49,931 nucleotides of DNA, taken from positions 1 to 49,931 of the IMG/VR virus record IMGVR_UViG_3300048577_000498; one strand, given 5' to 3'. The position numbers and the translations under genes were made by a program. The notes below the pieces were generated by a model that was not told the DNA's origin, searched no databases, and saw nothing but the letters and a program-made list of their open reading frames with translations. Source of the stretch: a virus (lineage: Duplodnaviria > Caudoviricetes). Positions 18,539-27,379 of the stretch are shown here, piece after piece; the first letter of the stretch is position 1, and the number at the start of each line of letters is the position of its first letter.

Positions 18539-19479
18539 GTCTCGACCTCGGTTGCGACTGAAATCGACGTCACATGGGGGGCGCCATCGGCGCCGCCGAC
18601 CACATCCGCCGCCGGCGCGACGACGCGGACATGGCGCGCCGCCCCGACCTTGGCGACGGCGCCGACCGCCTGGGCGTGCAACGTCTCGCCGATCTTGTGG
18701 CGCTCGGCCGCGAGCGCGGCGAGCGCGGCATTGGCCGCCGTGACCACGACGCCGGCATCCGGCCCGGCCGGGATCGCCACGGCCACGCTGATCGTCGTCG
18801 AGACGATCCGGGCCGGCAGCACCGTGACGATATCGGTCGATTGCGAACCGTCCTCGCCCTCGAACACCGCCTGGATGTCGCCAAGCAATGTCTCCGCCGG
18901 GGTGCCATCGCCGGCACGGCCGAGGACGATCAGGTCGATATGGCCGCCGGGCCGGCGCAGTGCGCGGACATCCTTGACCCGGTCGCCGAACAGCGAGCGC
19001 ACCCGCCAGATATAGCCGCCGGGGGTGAGGCCATAGAGCGGCATCGCCTCGTCGGACAATTGCGCCCGGGCGCGATACTCGGCGTCCGGCTCGTACACCG
19101 CGGCGGTATCGGCGGTCGCCGGCACCAGCACGAGCCGCGGCGTGTTCTTGTAGGTCTGCGCCAGATGGTCGAGGTCGGCACTGACCGCAGTCGCGAGCCG
19201 CAACGCGTCGGAGTGGTCGTTGAGCGCCTGCAGCACGTTGATTTCGCCATAGGCGAATCCCTCGGCGAGGATGATCGCGGGATCGGTCTCGACCAGCGGC
19301 GAGCCGTCGGACGCGATGAGGTCGAACACCGGCAGCGTCGGATCCTTCGCCCGGGCGGCGTCCCACAGCGTCTTGAACGCCAGAAGCCGCGCCTTCAGCG
19401 TCGCCTCGAAGTCGATCGCGGTGAAGCTCGGCGCGCCGAGCCGCGACAGGTCGAGGGTTTCGGCCGTGTAGATGGTCAT
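18535..19479 (-). CDS. baseplate J-like protein
   Basis: LDLSRLGAP..IDFE, ETDP, DLDHLA and E.D..YR.R motifs. Confidence 0.85.
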   Translation of the reverse strand: MTIYTAETLDLSRLGAPSFTAIDFEATLKARLLAFKTLWDAARAKDPTLPVFDLIASDGSPLVETDPAIILAEGFAYGEINVLQALNDHSDALRLATAVSADLDHLAQTYKNTPRLVLVPATADTAAVYEPDAEYRARAQLSDEAMPLYGLTPGGYIWRVRSLFGDRVKDVRALRRPGGHIDLIVLGRAGDGTPAETLLGDIQAVFEGEDGSQSTDIVTVLPARIVSTTISVAVAIPAGPDAGVVVTAANAALAALAAERHKIGETLHAQAVGAVAKVGAARHVRVVAPAADVVGGADGAPHVTSISVATEVET

Positions 19480-19862
19480 TACTGGGCGGTGCCGCGGATC
19501 GGGATGATGATGCGCAGGTTCTCGGCCGCCGGCGTGAAATCGCCGAGATGACCGTTCGGATAGTAGGTGCCGTTGAACTCGATCGACAGCGCGCCGCCAG
19601 CATCAGCCGCGAGCAGGCGAATGCCGGTCACCGCGTATCGCGGCTCCCAGCGGGCGATCGCCAGCACGGCGGCGGCATAGACGGCGAGAATGACACGGGC
19701 GGTCATCGGGCGGTCGACCAGGTCGAACAGTTCGGAGCCGAACTCTCGGCGCATCACGCGGCTGCCGATCGGCGTCGTCAGAATGACGCCGATCGACTGG
19801 ATCACGTGATCGAAGTCGCGCAGCGGCTTGCCGGTGACGTTGTTGACGCCGGTCGAGGACAC
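19479..19862 (-). CDS. baseplate gpW/gp25 family protein
   Basis: QSI..ILTTPIGSRVMRREFGS...WEPR. Confidence 0.92.
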   Translation of the reverse strand: MSSTGVNNVTGKPLRDFDHVIQSIGVILTTPIGSRVMRREFGSELFDLVDRPMTARVILAVYAAAVLAIARWEPRYAVTGIRLLAADAGGALSIEFNGTYYPNGHLGDFTPAAENLRIIIPIRGTAQ

Positions 19863-19863
19863 G

Positions 19864-20049
19864 TCAGACGGCCTTGCTCTCGGTCTTCATCGCCGCGATC
19901 GCGGCCGGCGCCGCGACCGGCAGGGCCAGCTGGGCGCCGTAGGGCGGCAGAAACGGCCTGGCGACCTTCTCGTGCATCTCGACCGCGGCCGGGCCGGCAT
20001 CGTACCAGGTGCCGCCGTAGAAGCCGGATTCCTTGACGACGACCTTCAT
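19864..20049 (-). CDS. small hypothetical protein
   Basis: Short ORF between gpV and gpW with upstream GGAG; start could be 20055. Confidence 0.55.
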   Translation of the reverse strand: MKVVVKESGFYGGTWYDAGPAAVEMHEKVARPFLPPYGAQLALPVAAPAAIAAMKTESKAV

Positions 20050-20072
20050 GTTCACGCTCCTTGTGTTGCGGT

Positions 20073-20666
20073 TCAGTCTTCGACGGGTGCCACGATCGGG
20101 AGGCCGGCGGGACCGACTTCCTTCTCAGAAAAGATGCCGCCCTCCTTGCCTTCGTCGTAGATGCCGCCGACCGTATGAAGCCGACCGGCGATCTTGACGT
20201 TCTTCGTCGCCTTCAGCAGCGGCGTGTCGATCGTCACGCTGTTGGTCGCCTTGATCAGCGCCTCCGGCGTCGTGACCGTCACCTTGTCGTCGGCAATCTC
20301 GATGCGGACATTGCCGTGCTTGATGACCGCTTCCGGTCCGTCGTGCGGGCGCGGGTTCTTGTCCGAATGCGTCGAGAAGTCGATCACGGCGTCGGTCAGA
20401 TCGCCGCTTTCCGACACGACGTCGACCTGTTCGCCGACGATGGGCGGAATATGCGTCGAAGTGCCGCCGGCGGCGATCTCCAGCCAGGGAAGCCATCCGG
20501 TCTTGTAGATCCGCGGCTTGTCGGAGAGCTTGACCCGCGCCAGGCCCTTTTTCAGGTCGACCTCAGTGACGACGCCGGTGCGGCGGCGATTGCGGTTGCG
20601 CCGCTCCTGCTCGGCGACCTTGCGTTCGAGCTCGACGAGCCGCTGGAAGAGATTCGCGACCATCAC
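20073..20666 (-). CDS. baseplate assembly/spike protein V
   Basis: TGWLPW...PPIVGEQV...SGDL OB-fold motif. Confidence 0.88.
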   Translation of the reverse strand: MMVANLFQRLVELERKVAEQERRNRNRRRTGVVTEVDLKKGLARVKLSDKPRIYKTGWLPWLEIAAGGTSTHIPPIVGEQVDVVSESGDLTDAVIDFSTHSDKNPRPHDGPEAVIKHGNVRIEIADDKVTVTTPEALIKATNSVTIDTPLLKATKNVKIAGRLHTVGGIYDEGKEGGIFSEKEVGPAGLPIVAPVED

Positions 20667-21472
20667 GGCACCCGCTCGACGCCGACCGAAGCGATCGGCG
20701 GCTCGGTCGCCTCGCCCGCCTCGACCGCGATGTCGAACATCGCCCGCACTTCGTCGAGCGTCATTCCGAAGCGCTGCCGCTGTGCTTCGCTTTCGAGCGT
20801 CGCCTCCGGATCGCCGACGAGGGCGAGCAGCGCGGCGCGCTTTTTGGCGCCGACCTCGCTGGTGTCCGCCGCCAGCATGGCGAAGAACTTGGCCCAGATC
20901 GACGTCGGCCGGATCGGCTCGCCATAGACCGGGTCGGGCAGGAGATCGACGGTGATCACCAGCTGGTGGGCGGCGATGCGCGCGCCGTTCGTCGCATTGG
21001 AGGTGCGCTTGCGCTCGATCTTGACGACGCTCGCCGACAGCCCGCGCCAGAGCTCGGCCCAGGCGTTGCGCGGATCGGTGAGCGCGTTGACGACCTGGCG
21101 GCCGGTGCAGTCGAGGAAGAACTCGAAGGCCTGATCGGTCGCCGGGATCTGCAGGCCGACCACTTCCGATGCCCCTGTCGTCTCGTTCGTCGTCGTCATC
21201 GCCGCCGTGATGCCGATCTCGATGATGAGGTCGGTCGGGCCCGACCGGTGAAGGGCGCGCAGATCGGCGCCGCCACCCGGCTTGTCGCCCTCCAGTTTCG
21301 CGGCCTCCACATAGACCGAGATGAACGGCTTCTCCTGGTCGGTTGAGAGATTGCCGTCGCCGTCGGCGTCGAGCGCACCGATCTCGCTGTCGAGCACATT
21401 GGCGCCGACCATGGTGTCGGCGGACTTGATCGCCTCGACGGCGGCCATGCGCAATGCGATCCGTCCGATCAT
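20663..21472 (-). CDS. putative tail completion/neck protein
   Basis: 269 aa coupled ORF between head-tail joining and gpV genes; function inferred from position. Confidence 0.6.
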   Translation of the reverse strand: MIGRIALRMAAVEAIKSADTMVGANVLDSEIGALDADGDGNLSTDQEKPFISVYVEAAKLEGDKPGGGADLRALHRSGPTDLIIEIGITAAMTTTNETTGASEVVGLQIPATDQAFEFFLDCTGRQVVNALTDPRNAWAELWRGLSASVVKIERKRTSNATNGARIAAHQLVITVDLLPDPVYGEPIRPTSIWAKFFAMLAADTSEVGAKKRAALLALVGDPEATLESEAQRQRFGMTLDEVRAMFDIAVEAGEATEPPIASVGVERVP

Positions 21473-21852
21473 CAGGCTTCCCCGAGCTGAACGACGAGAC
21501 GCGCCGCGCCGCGGTCGTCGACGGCGAGAACCTCGAACCAGGGCTCTCCGGGGCGCGCCAGCGCCTTGACCTTGTCGCCCTTGATCAGCTTCACGTCCGG
21601 ATATTTCGTCCGGTCCATATGCAGCTCGGCGCGCTGGGCCACGATCCGCGTCCGCCAGGTGTGCAGCATGGTGCCGGCGACGCCGGTTTCCTTGCCGCCG
21701 CCGACGCGTAGCGGCGCCTCGATCTCCACCATCGGCCGGTCCGGGTCGGGCGTGCCGTTCCTCATGAACGACAGCCGCACCGGTTCGGCGAAGGTGCGAT
21801 CGACCTGGGCCATGACGCGATCGCGCAGGGCGTGGAAGCGGGCGGGACGCAT
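21472..21852 (-). CDS. putative head-tail joining protein
   Basis: Position after the capsid genes; beta-rich GD.V...FEV..V pattern. Confidence 0.6.
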   Translation of the reverse strand: MRPARFHALRDRVMAQVDRTFAEPVRLSFMRNGTPDPDRPMVEIEAPLRVGGGKETGVAGTMLHTWRTRIVAQRAELHMDRTKYPDVKLIKGDKVKALARPGEPWFEVLAVDDRGAARLVVQLGEA

Positions 21853-21855
21853 CGA

Positions 21856-22194
21856 TCAGTCCTTGAGATCGGCCAGCTGCGCTTCGGCGCCGGCAATCTG
21901 CTCGGCGAGCTTGGCTTTGTGATCAGGATGCGTGGCGGTTCCGCCCTGCTCGCGCAGGCTCGCGAGTTGAGCCTCCAGCCTCATGCGCGCCGTAACCACC
22001 GGGGACTCCGACTTGTTCTTGCGTGGCGGCCTGGCCTTGTAGGCGAAGCGGTCGTTGATCAGGTGTTGGCCATAGGCAAGCGGAACCTCGACCGGCTGGT
22101 GCGCGCCGATCGGCTTTTCTGCCCCGCCGGTAACGCTGCTCGGCAGGATGCCGCCGTTCGGAAACGCAATCGTGATCGTGTCGGGCTTGGCCAT
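21856..22194 (-). CDS. hypothetical protein downstream of capsid
   Basis: ATG with GAGGAGG; VP..YG.HLI.DRFA motif and coiled-coil end. Confidence 0.6.
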   Translation of the reverse strand: MAKPDTITIAFPNGGILPSSVTGGAEKPIGAHQPVEVPLAYGQHLINDRFAYKARPPRKNKSESPVVTARMRLEAQLASLREQGGTATHPDHKAKLAEQIAGAEAQLADLKD

Positions 22195-22289
22195 GGCTGC
22201 CTCCTCGTTTGCCTTGCCTCTTCGGGCAGGAAGGATGCCCGGCACTTGCGCGCCGGGCTTCTCGAACGCGTCGAGTTCGGTGACGACGA

Positions 22290-23303
22290 TCAGGTCAGCG
22301 TCAGCTTGCGCAGCACGCCGGGCCGCGTGCACAGCGAGATCGCGTTCATCTGCACTTCGAGATTGCGGCCCTTGCCGTTCGGCTTCGGGTACTGCTTGGC
22401 ATAGAACGGCAGCCCGATGGTGTTGACGGTCTCCTCGTAGTCCGCCGGCGCGAAGCGGGTGATGAAGAGGTCCGGAACACCCTTTATCACCACCCGGGCT
22501 TCGTCGGCGGCGATGTAGGGAGCGCCGAGGTCGGCCGTCGCCTTGGCGCCGGTCTTGTAGCGCTCCCAGGTCGCGCCGGCGAACTGGAAGGTATCCGGCA
22601 CGTCGTTGCGCAGCACCGCGGCGCCGCCGTTGTAGAGGAACGTGTCGCGCACCGACTTGTGCGTCCACAGCGACTTGTGGAAGCTGCGGCCGGTGAAGAC
22701 GTGGATGCCGCTGTAGGGCTCGTCGAGTGCGTCCTCGATGGCATAGATCACGTCCTGGAACACGGCGGCGACGTTGGTGGCGTCGACGTCGAGTTCAAGC
22801 GACACGGCGTCCGGCACCGCGAGCCCGAAGCGGTTGTAGAGGTCGTGCAGAGTCGCGCCGGACTTGGAGGTGATGATGCCCTTGATGGCGCCGACCCGTT
22901 GATGCTCCAGCGTCATCGTCAGATCCTGCGCGTGGCGCATCGCCTTGCGCTCCACCCGGCTCTGCACCGTCTCCAGCTGGTCAGTGGAACCGAATGCCCG
23001 CACGCCCTGGACCTCGTCGGCGAGCACGTCGTCGTCGCGCTGGTAGTGCTGGATGTCGAACGGCACCAGCTTGCGGTCGTCGTCACCGGTGGTCTCGCCG
23101 GGGCCGCCGCGCTTGCTCGGCTCGACCAGGGCCAGCTTGCCGCTGCGCTCCTCGATCGAGATGCGCGTGGTGGTGACGCCGTCCTCGGCGAACAGGCCGC
23201 TGGCCGAGACCTGGCCGGGCCGATAGGGCTCCTTGTTGATCGCTGCGGTGAGCGACTCGATGGTGAAGCCGTCACCATCCCAGATGTCCACGACTTGAGG
23301 CAT
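22290..23303 (-). CDS. major capsid protein (lambda gpE family)
   Basis: SLTAAIN, EVQGVRAFG, TLEH.R.GA.KG, FAPADY.ETVNT.GLP.YAK, CTRP motifs. Confidence 0.92.
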   Translation of the reverse strand: MPQVVDIWDGDGFTIESLTAAINKEPYRPGQVSASGLFAEDGVTTTRISIEERSGKLALVEPSKRGGPGETTGDDDRKLVPFDIQHYQRDDDVLADEVQGVRAFGSTDQLETVQSRVERKAMRHAQDLTMTLEHQRVGAIKGIITSKSGATLHDLYNRFGLAVPDAVSLELDVDATNVAAVFQDVIYAIEDALDEPYSGIHVFTGRSFHKSLWTHKSVRDTFLYNGGAAVLRNDVPDTFQFAGATWERYKTGAKATADLGAPYIAADEARVVIKGVPDLFITRFAPADYEETVNTIGLPFYAKQYPKPNGKGRNLEVQMNAISLCTRPGVLRKLTLT

Positions 23304-23313
23304 TCGACCCTCC

Positions 23314-23991
23314 TTACCGGGCGATGATGTTGTGCGCGGCGAGCTGGCCGAGCTTGGTGGCGATCTTGGCGGCGTCGTCGACCGAGGCGTCGAACACCAG
23401 CAGCGGTTTTTTCACCGCCGCGACGCGGCGGATGATGACGGCCTGGACGTCGACGCTGGTGGCATCGACCCCGTAGGCCAGGACCGCCTTGGCGGCTTCG
23501 GCGCCGTCGGTCCCGGTCAGCGGCGACTTCTTCCAGGTGCCGACGCCGGTCGGGTCGGCCTTGGTCACCGTGATCGGGAAGTACGAGCCGGCCGAAAAGT
23601 CGGTCGAACCGTCCGCGATGGTGAACTTGACCAGGCCGGTGAACGCGGTTCCGACCACGGCGCGACCGATGATGATGCCGTCCGGGTCCTCGACCGCGAA
23701 GGTGCCGCCGTCGGTCGCCGGCTCGATGCACACCACCTTGTAGTCACCGGCCTTGACGCCGGCGCCGACGGCCGGATCCGCCATGGTGATGGCGCCGTTG
23801 CCGGTGCCGACGAGCGCGCCCGCTTCCGCCGCGGCGGCGCCGAGGCCGGCGCCGATCTCGCCCAGCACGGTGCCGGGCAGAAGCACGCCGACGCCGGCCC
23901 TGATGGTGACCACCTCGCGCGAGAGGTGGTCGATTTCGTTCAACAGGAAGGCAAGATCGCGCGGGCCTTCCGTCTTGGCGGTCAACGACAT
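23314..23991 (-). CDS. head decoration protein (lambda gpD-like) with inserted domain
   Basis: SREVVTI..G..L.PGTVLG and DGAE.A.AVL motifs; immediately upstream of the capsid gene. Confidence 0.75.
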   Translation of the reverse strand: MSLTAKTEGPRDLAFLLNEIDHLSREVVTIRAGVGVLLPGTVLGEIGAGLGAAAAEAGALVGTGNGAITMADPAVGAGVKAGDYKVVCIEPATDGGTFAVEDPDGIIIGRAVVGTAFTGLVKFTIADGSTDFSAGSYFPITVTKADPTGVGTWKKSPLTGTDGAEAAKAVLAYGVDATSVDVQAVIIRRVAAVKKPLLVFDASVDDAAKIATKLGQLAAHNIIAR

Positions 23992-23994
23992 GGC

Positions 23995-24519
23995 TTACGC
24001 CTCCTGCTGCTTGCGACGGGCGGCGTAGATGCCGCCGGTATCGATGCTGGCCTTCTTCGACGCCGCGCCCTGCGGCTGGGCGAGGCCGGCGGCTTCGACG
24101 CGCTTCTGCGCGTAATCGGCGCCGTCGGCGCCGGCCTTGGTGGCCGCCACATTGGCGACGACGAACGCCGCGACGTCGGCGCCGGACATGCCGGGCGACT
24201 TCACGGCGAGGTCGAGCGCGGCGGCCATGCGGCCGGAGTCGCCCTTGACGCCCTCGGCGCCGAGCGCGGCGGTGAGCCGCTCGGTCGCCGCCTTATCGCC
24301 TTCGGCCTTGCCGTCGGCGCGCGCCGCGGTCACCGCGGCGTCGTGTTCGGCTTTCGAGATGCCGGGATTGGGATCGCCCCCGGCGGGCTGGCTGTCTTTC
24401 GCCATCTTCACGTCCTTGGTTGCAGTGAGCGCCGGGGCGCCGGTTTCGGGCTCGTCGAGCCCGTCGTCGACCGAGCCGGCCACAGCGTTGTGGACGGCGG
24501 CCAAGAGGCTTTTCGCCAT
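23995..24519 (-). CDS. putative scaffolding protein (Nu3-like)
   Basis: Ala-rich, ends GIYAARRK; between protease and decoration genes. Confidence 0.6.
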   Translation of the reverse strand: MAKSLLAAVHNAVAGSVDDGLDEPETGAPALTATKDVKMAKDSQPAGGDPNPGISKAEHDAAVTAARADGKAEGDKAATERLTAALGAEGVKGDSGRMAAALDLAVKSPGMSGADVAAFVVANVAATKAGADGADYAQKRVEAAGLAQPQGAASKKASIDTGGIYAARRKQQEA

Positions 24520-24521
24520 GG

Positions 24522-25442
24522 TCAGGATCTCCGGTTGACTTCCTTGATGAAGGCGTCGAACGCCTCCTGGCCGTCGCCGACCGCATCGACGAGGCCCAGG
24601 TCGAGCGCGTCGGCCGCCCCGTAGAACTTCGCTTCCGTCTTGATCGCCTGCGCCTTCGTCATGCGCTTGCCGCGGCCACGGCCGACGGCGGCGGCAAACT
24701 GATCGCGGACCGCATCCACATGCGCCTGCCAGCGCTCGCGCAGGCCCTCCGGCAACGGCAGGTGCGGAAAGCCGTCGGTCTTATTGGCGCCGGCCTGGAT
24801 GAAGGTGACCTTGATGCCCTCCTTCTCCAGGTTGGCGCTGAAGTCGGCGTGCAGGATCACGGCGCCGATCGAGCCGACGCCGCCGAACTGCGGCATGACG
24901 ATCTGCCGGCACTGGCTGGCAAGCAGATAGGCCGCCGAATAGGCGAAGTCGGTCAGGATGGCGATGGTCGGCTTCGCCTTCGACAGCGCCGCCAGCGCGG
25001 CCGCGCACTCGAAGGCGCCGTTGACCATGCCGCCGAAGGAATCGACCTCGACCACGGCGCCCTTGATGTCCGGGCGCGCCGCGCGGGCGATCTGCACCTG
25101 CAGGCCCTGATAGGAGGTCTCGCCCGAATACGAGCCGATCCAGCCGCCCTTCTGCACCAGTGAGCCTTCGGCGCAGATGACCGCCACGCCCTCGATCACA
25201 TCGAAGGGGGCGACGCCTGCGCGGTCATAGGCGCGGCCGAGACGGTCGCCGATCACACCCGCCGAAGGCCGGCCGTTGGCGAAGGCGACGTGGTCGACGC
25301 CGCCGGGCCCGTTGACGATGGTCAGTTGATGGCCGGTGAGCTGCGGCCCGAGCGCGCGTAGCACCACCTCGGCCTTTCGAGCGTCGTACATCAGCGGGGT
25401 GTCGAACAGCTGGCCGCAGAGATGCGGATAGGCGAACGTCAT
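24522..25442 (-). CDS. S49 prohead protease (lambda gpC-like)
   Basis: VDSFGG, AYSAAYLLAS, GSIGA and AG.NK motifs. Confidence 0.9.
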   Translation of the reverse strand: MTFAYPHLCGQLFDTPLMYDARKAEVVLRALGPQLTGHQLTIVNGPGGVDHVAFANGRPSAGVIGDRLGRAYDRAGVAPFDVIEGVAVICAEGSLVQKGGWIGSYSGETSYQGLQVQIARAARPDIKGAVVEVDSFGGMVNGAFECAAALAALSKAKPTIAILTDFAYSAAYLLASQCRQIVMPQFGGVGSIGAVILHADFSANLEKEGIKVTFIQAGANKTDGFPHLPLPEGLRERWQAHVDAVRDQFAAAVGRGRGKRMTKAQAIKTEAKFYGAADALDLGLVDAVGDGQEAFDAFIKEVNRRS

Positions 25443-25451
25443 GGTCGAGCC

Positions 25452-25712
25452 CTACCTCACAAAGCGCAATCGCTTGGCGTAGCGCGTGCGGCCGCCGGTC
25501 TGGGCGGCGCAGCGGCGCTCGTAGTCCGCGATCAGGTCGCGCAGACCGGACAGGTTGGTGGCGCTCCAGCGCACCTCGTCGTCGCCGAACCGCGTCATCA
25601 CCACGCCGCCGCCGGTCGCCACCTTCAGTTCGACCTTGCGCAGCGCGCTGGCGACCGCGCAGGGATTTTCGAGATCGATCTCGGTGCCGTCGATGGTGAC
25701 GAAGTCGGCCAT
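25452..25712 (-). CDS. gpW-like head-tail adaptor
   Basis: 86 aa next to the portal; G..V...EVRW...L..LI pattern. Confidence 0.6.
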   Translation of the reverse strand: MADFVTIDGTEIDLENPCAVASALRKVELKVATGGGVVMTRFGDDEVRWSATNLSGLRDLIADYERRCAAQTGGRTRYAKRLRFVR

Positions 25713-27379
25713 CACGCGTTCTCGCGTTTCTTGGACGATCCCAGCTCCTCCGCCGTGTCGTCCTTGCTGCTGCCACCACCCGTGACGCGTATGAAGGGCG
25801 ACGGCATGCCGGCATCAACGTAGCGCCGGTGCTCTCGCAGTCGGCGCTCGAAGTTCTCGTCCTCGTCGACGCCGATCTCGGCACACTCGAACGCCAGTGA
25901 CGAGGTGCCGTTGTAGATCCGCTCGGAGGCCGCCTTGGCGCTCTTGAGATCGTCGGCAGACGGCTTCGCCGGCCCCTGCCACAGCGCCCAGGTGAAGCGA
26001 TCGCGGTGGGTCTGAAAGAGGTCGTAGCCGCCCTTGACCTCGATCCGCCGCTCGCCGACCTCCTCGTCGAACCAGCTTTCGTAGATCGCCTGGCAGATCG
26101 GCGCCGCGGTGCGTTCGCGCCGGCGCATCACCACCGGCCAGATCGACGAGTTCTCCATGCGCACCGACGAATAGGTGGCATTCTCGTGGTTCATGGTCAG
26201 GCCGCCGAAGGTGATGCCGATGGCGCGCGCCATGCCGCGCGAGAGTTCGTTGTTGACCGGCAGGAACTGCGGTCCCGGCGTCTGGGCCGCGTGCAGTTTC
26301 AGCTCCTCGTCCGGCGCCAGGTGCGAGACCTGCGGATCGCTGCCGATGGCGATCTCGCTTTCGGCGGCGCGGTCGAGCGACGCCAGGAAATAGTCGCGAT
26401 ACTCCTCGGCGAAGGACAGCGAGCGATCCGAGCCCGGCGACGCCGGCATGTCGTCGGCGAGTTGCGAGATCGCCTCGAAGGCTTCCTTGGAGGGCGACTT
26501 CGAGGTCAGCGTCGCGGCGAACACGGTCTGCAGGATCGCGGTCTGGATCGTGGTGTCGACCAGGACTTCCTGCTGGATGTGCTCGCGGAAAGCGGCGGCG
26601 AGGCGGCTGATGCCGCGCACGTCGGCGGCGTCCAGGGGATCGAAGACATGCACCACCAGGTCGCGGCCGTCGGCATCGAACGCGCGGTAGTCGCGCTTGC
26701 GGATGATGCCGGCTTCCTTCTCCTCGATCCGATAGGCGATCGGGCGGCCGTTCGGATCGTGGATGACGCCCTGGAACATGCCCTCGATCTCGCTGGTGTC
26801 CTGCACCAGCTTGGTCGGCGTCACCATGCACATCTTGGTGCCGGCGACGATGCCGTATTGCCGGCGTTGCGCCGGCCGCATGTAGCTCAACACGCCGAGC
26901 GCCTCGCCATAGGCCATGTCCCAGCGTAGCGCGATGTCGACCATCTGCGGCACCGTCAGCTTGCCGCGCAAGTCGCATTCGCGTTTCGACCAGGCATAGC
27001 GCTTCCAGCGCCGCTTGATGGTGCGCACCAGGGCGGCGGTCTGTTCGGCGCTGTAGCCGAGGCCTTCGAGGTCCGGCTGCGGATTGAGCACGAGCTCGAC
27101 CCCGACCGTGTCGGCGATCACCTGGTCGGCGGCACCGCGCAGCCGGCCTGAATTCTGGATCAGGTCCATCGCCAGCGCCGCGGCGCGGCGCCAGGCGATG
27201 CGGACATCGTCGCGGTGGTCGCGCAGGCTCGCTCCGCGCGTCGAAAGAATCTTCGAGCGCGTATCGCGCAGATAGCCGGCGCGCGCCCGCGGTGGCGCCG
27301 TGTCGGCGGCCGGCTTACGCATGGGCGCCCCGTCGGGACCGAGAATAGCGACCGCGGCCGTCACTTGCGCTTCTTCCAC
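25712..27379 (-). CDS. portal protein (lambda family)
   Basis: GRPIAY, VVHVF...RGIS, ATYSSVR and D.LK.A.A motifs. Confidence 0.9.
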   Translation of the reverse strand: MEEAQVTAAVAILGPDGAPMRKPAADTAPPRARAGYLRDTRSKILSTRGASLRDHRDDVRIAWRRAAALAMDLIQNSGRLRGAADQVIADTVGVELVLNPQPDLEGLGYSAEQTAALVRTIKRRWKRYAWSKRECDLRGKLTVPQMVDIALRWDMAYGEALGVLSYMRPAQRRQYGIVAGTKMCMVTPTKLVQDTSEIEGMFQGVIHDPNGRPIAYRIEEKEAGIIRKRDYRAFDADGRDLVVHVFDPLDAADVRGISRLAAAFREHIQQEVLVDTTIQTAILQTVFAATLTSKSPSKEAFEAISQLADDMPASPGSDRSLSFAEEYRDYFLASLDRAAESEIAIGSDPQVSHLAPDEELKLHAAQTPGPQFLPVNNELSRGMARAIGITFGGLTMNHENATYSSVRMENSSIWPVVMRRRERTAAPICQAIYESWFDEEVGERRIEVKGGYDLFQTHRDRFTWALWQGPAKPSADDLKSAKAASERIYNGTSSLAFECAEIGVDEDENFERRLREHRRYVDAGMPSPFIRVTGGGSSKDDTAEELGSSKKRENA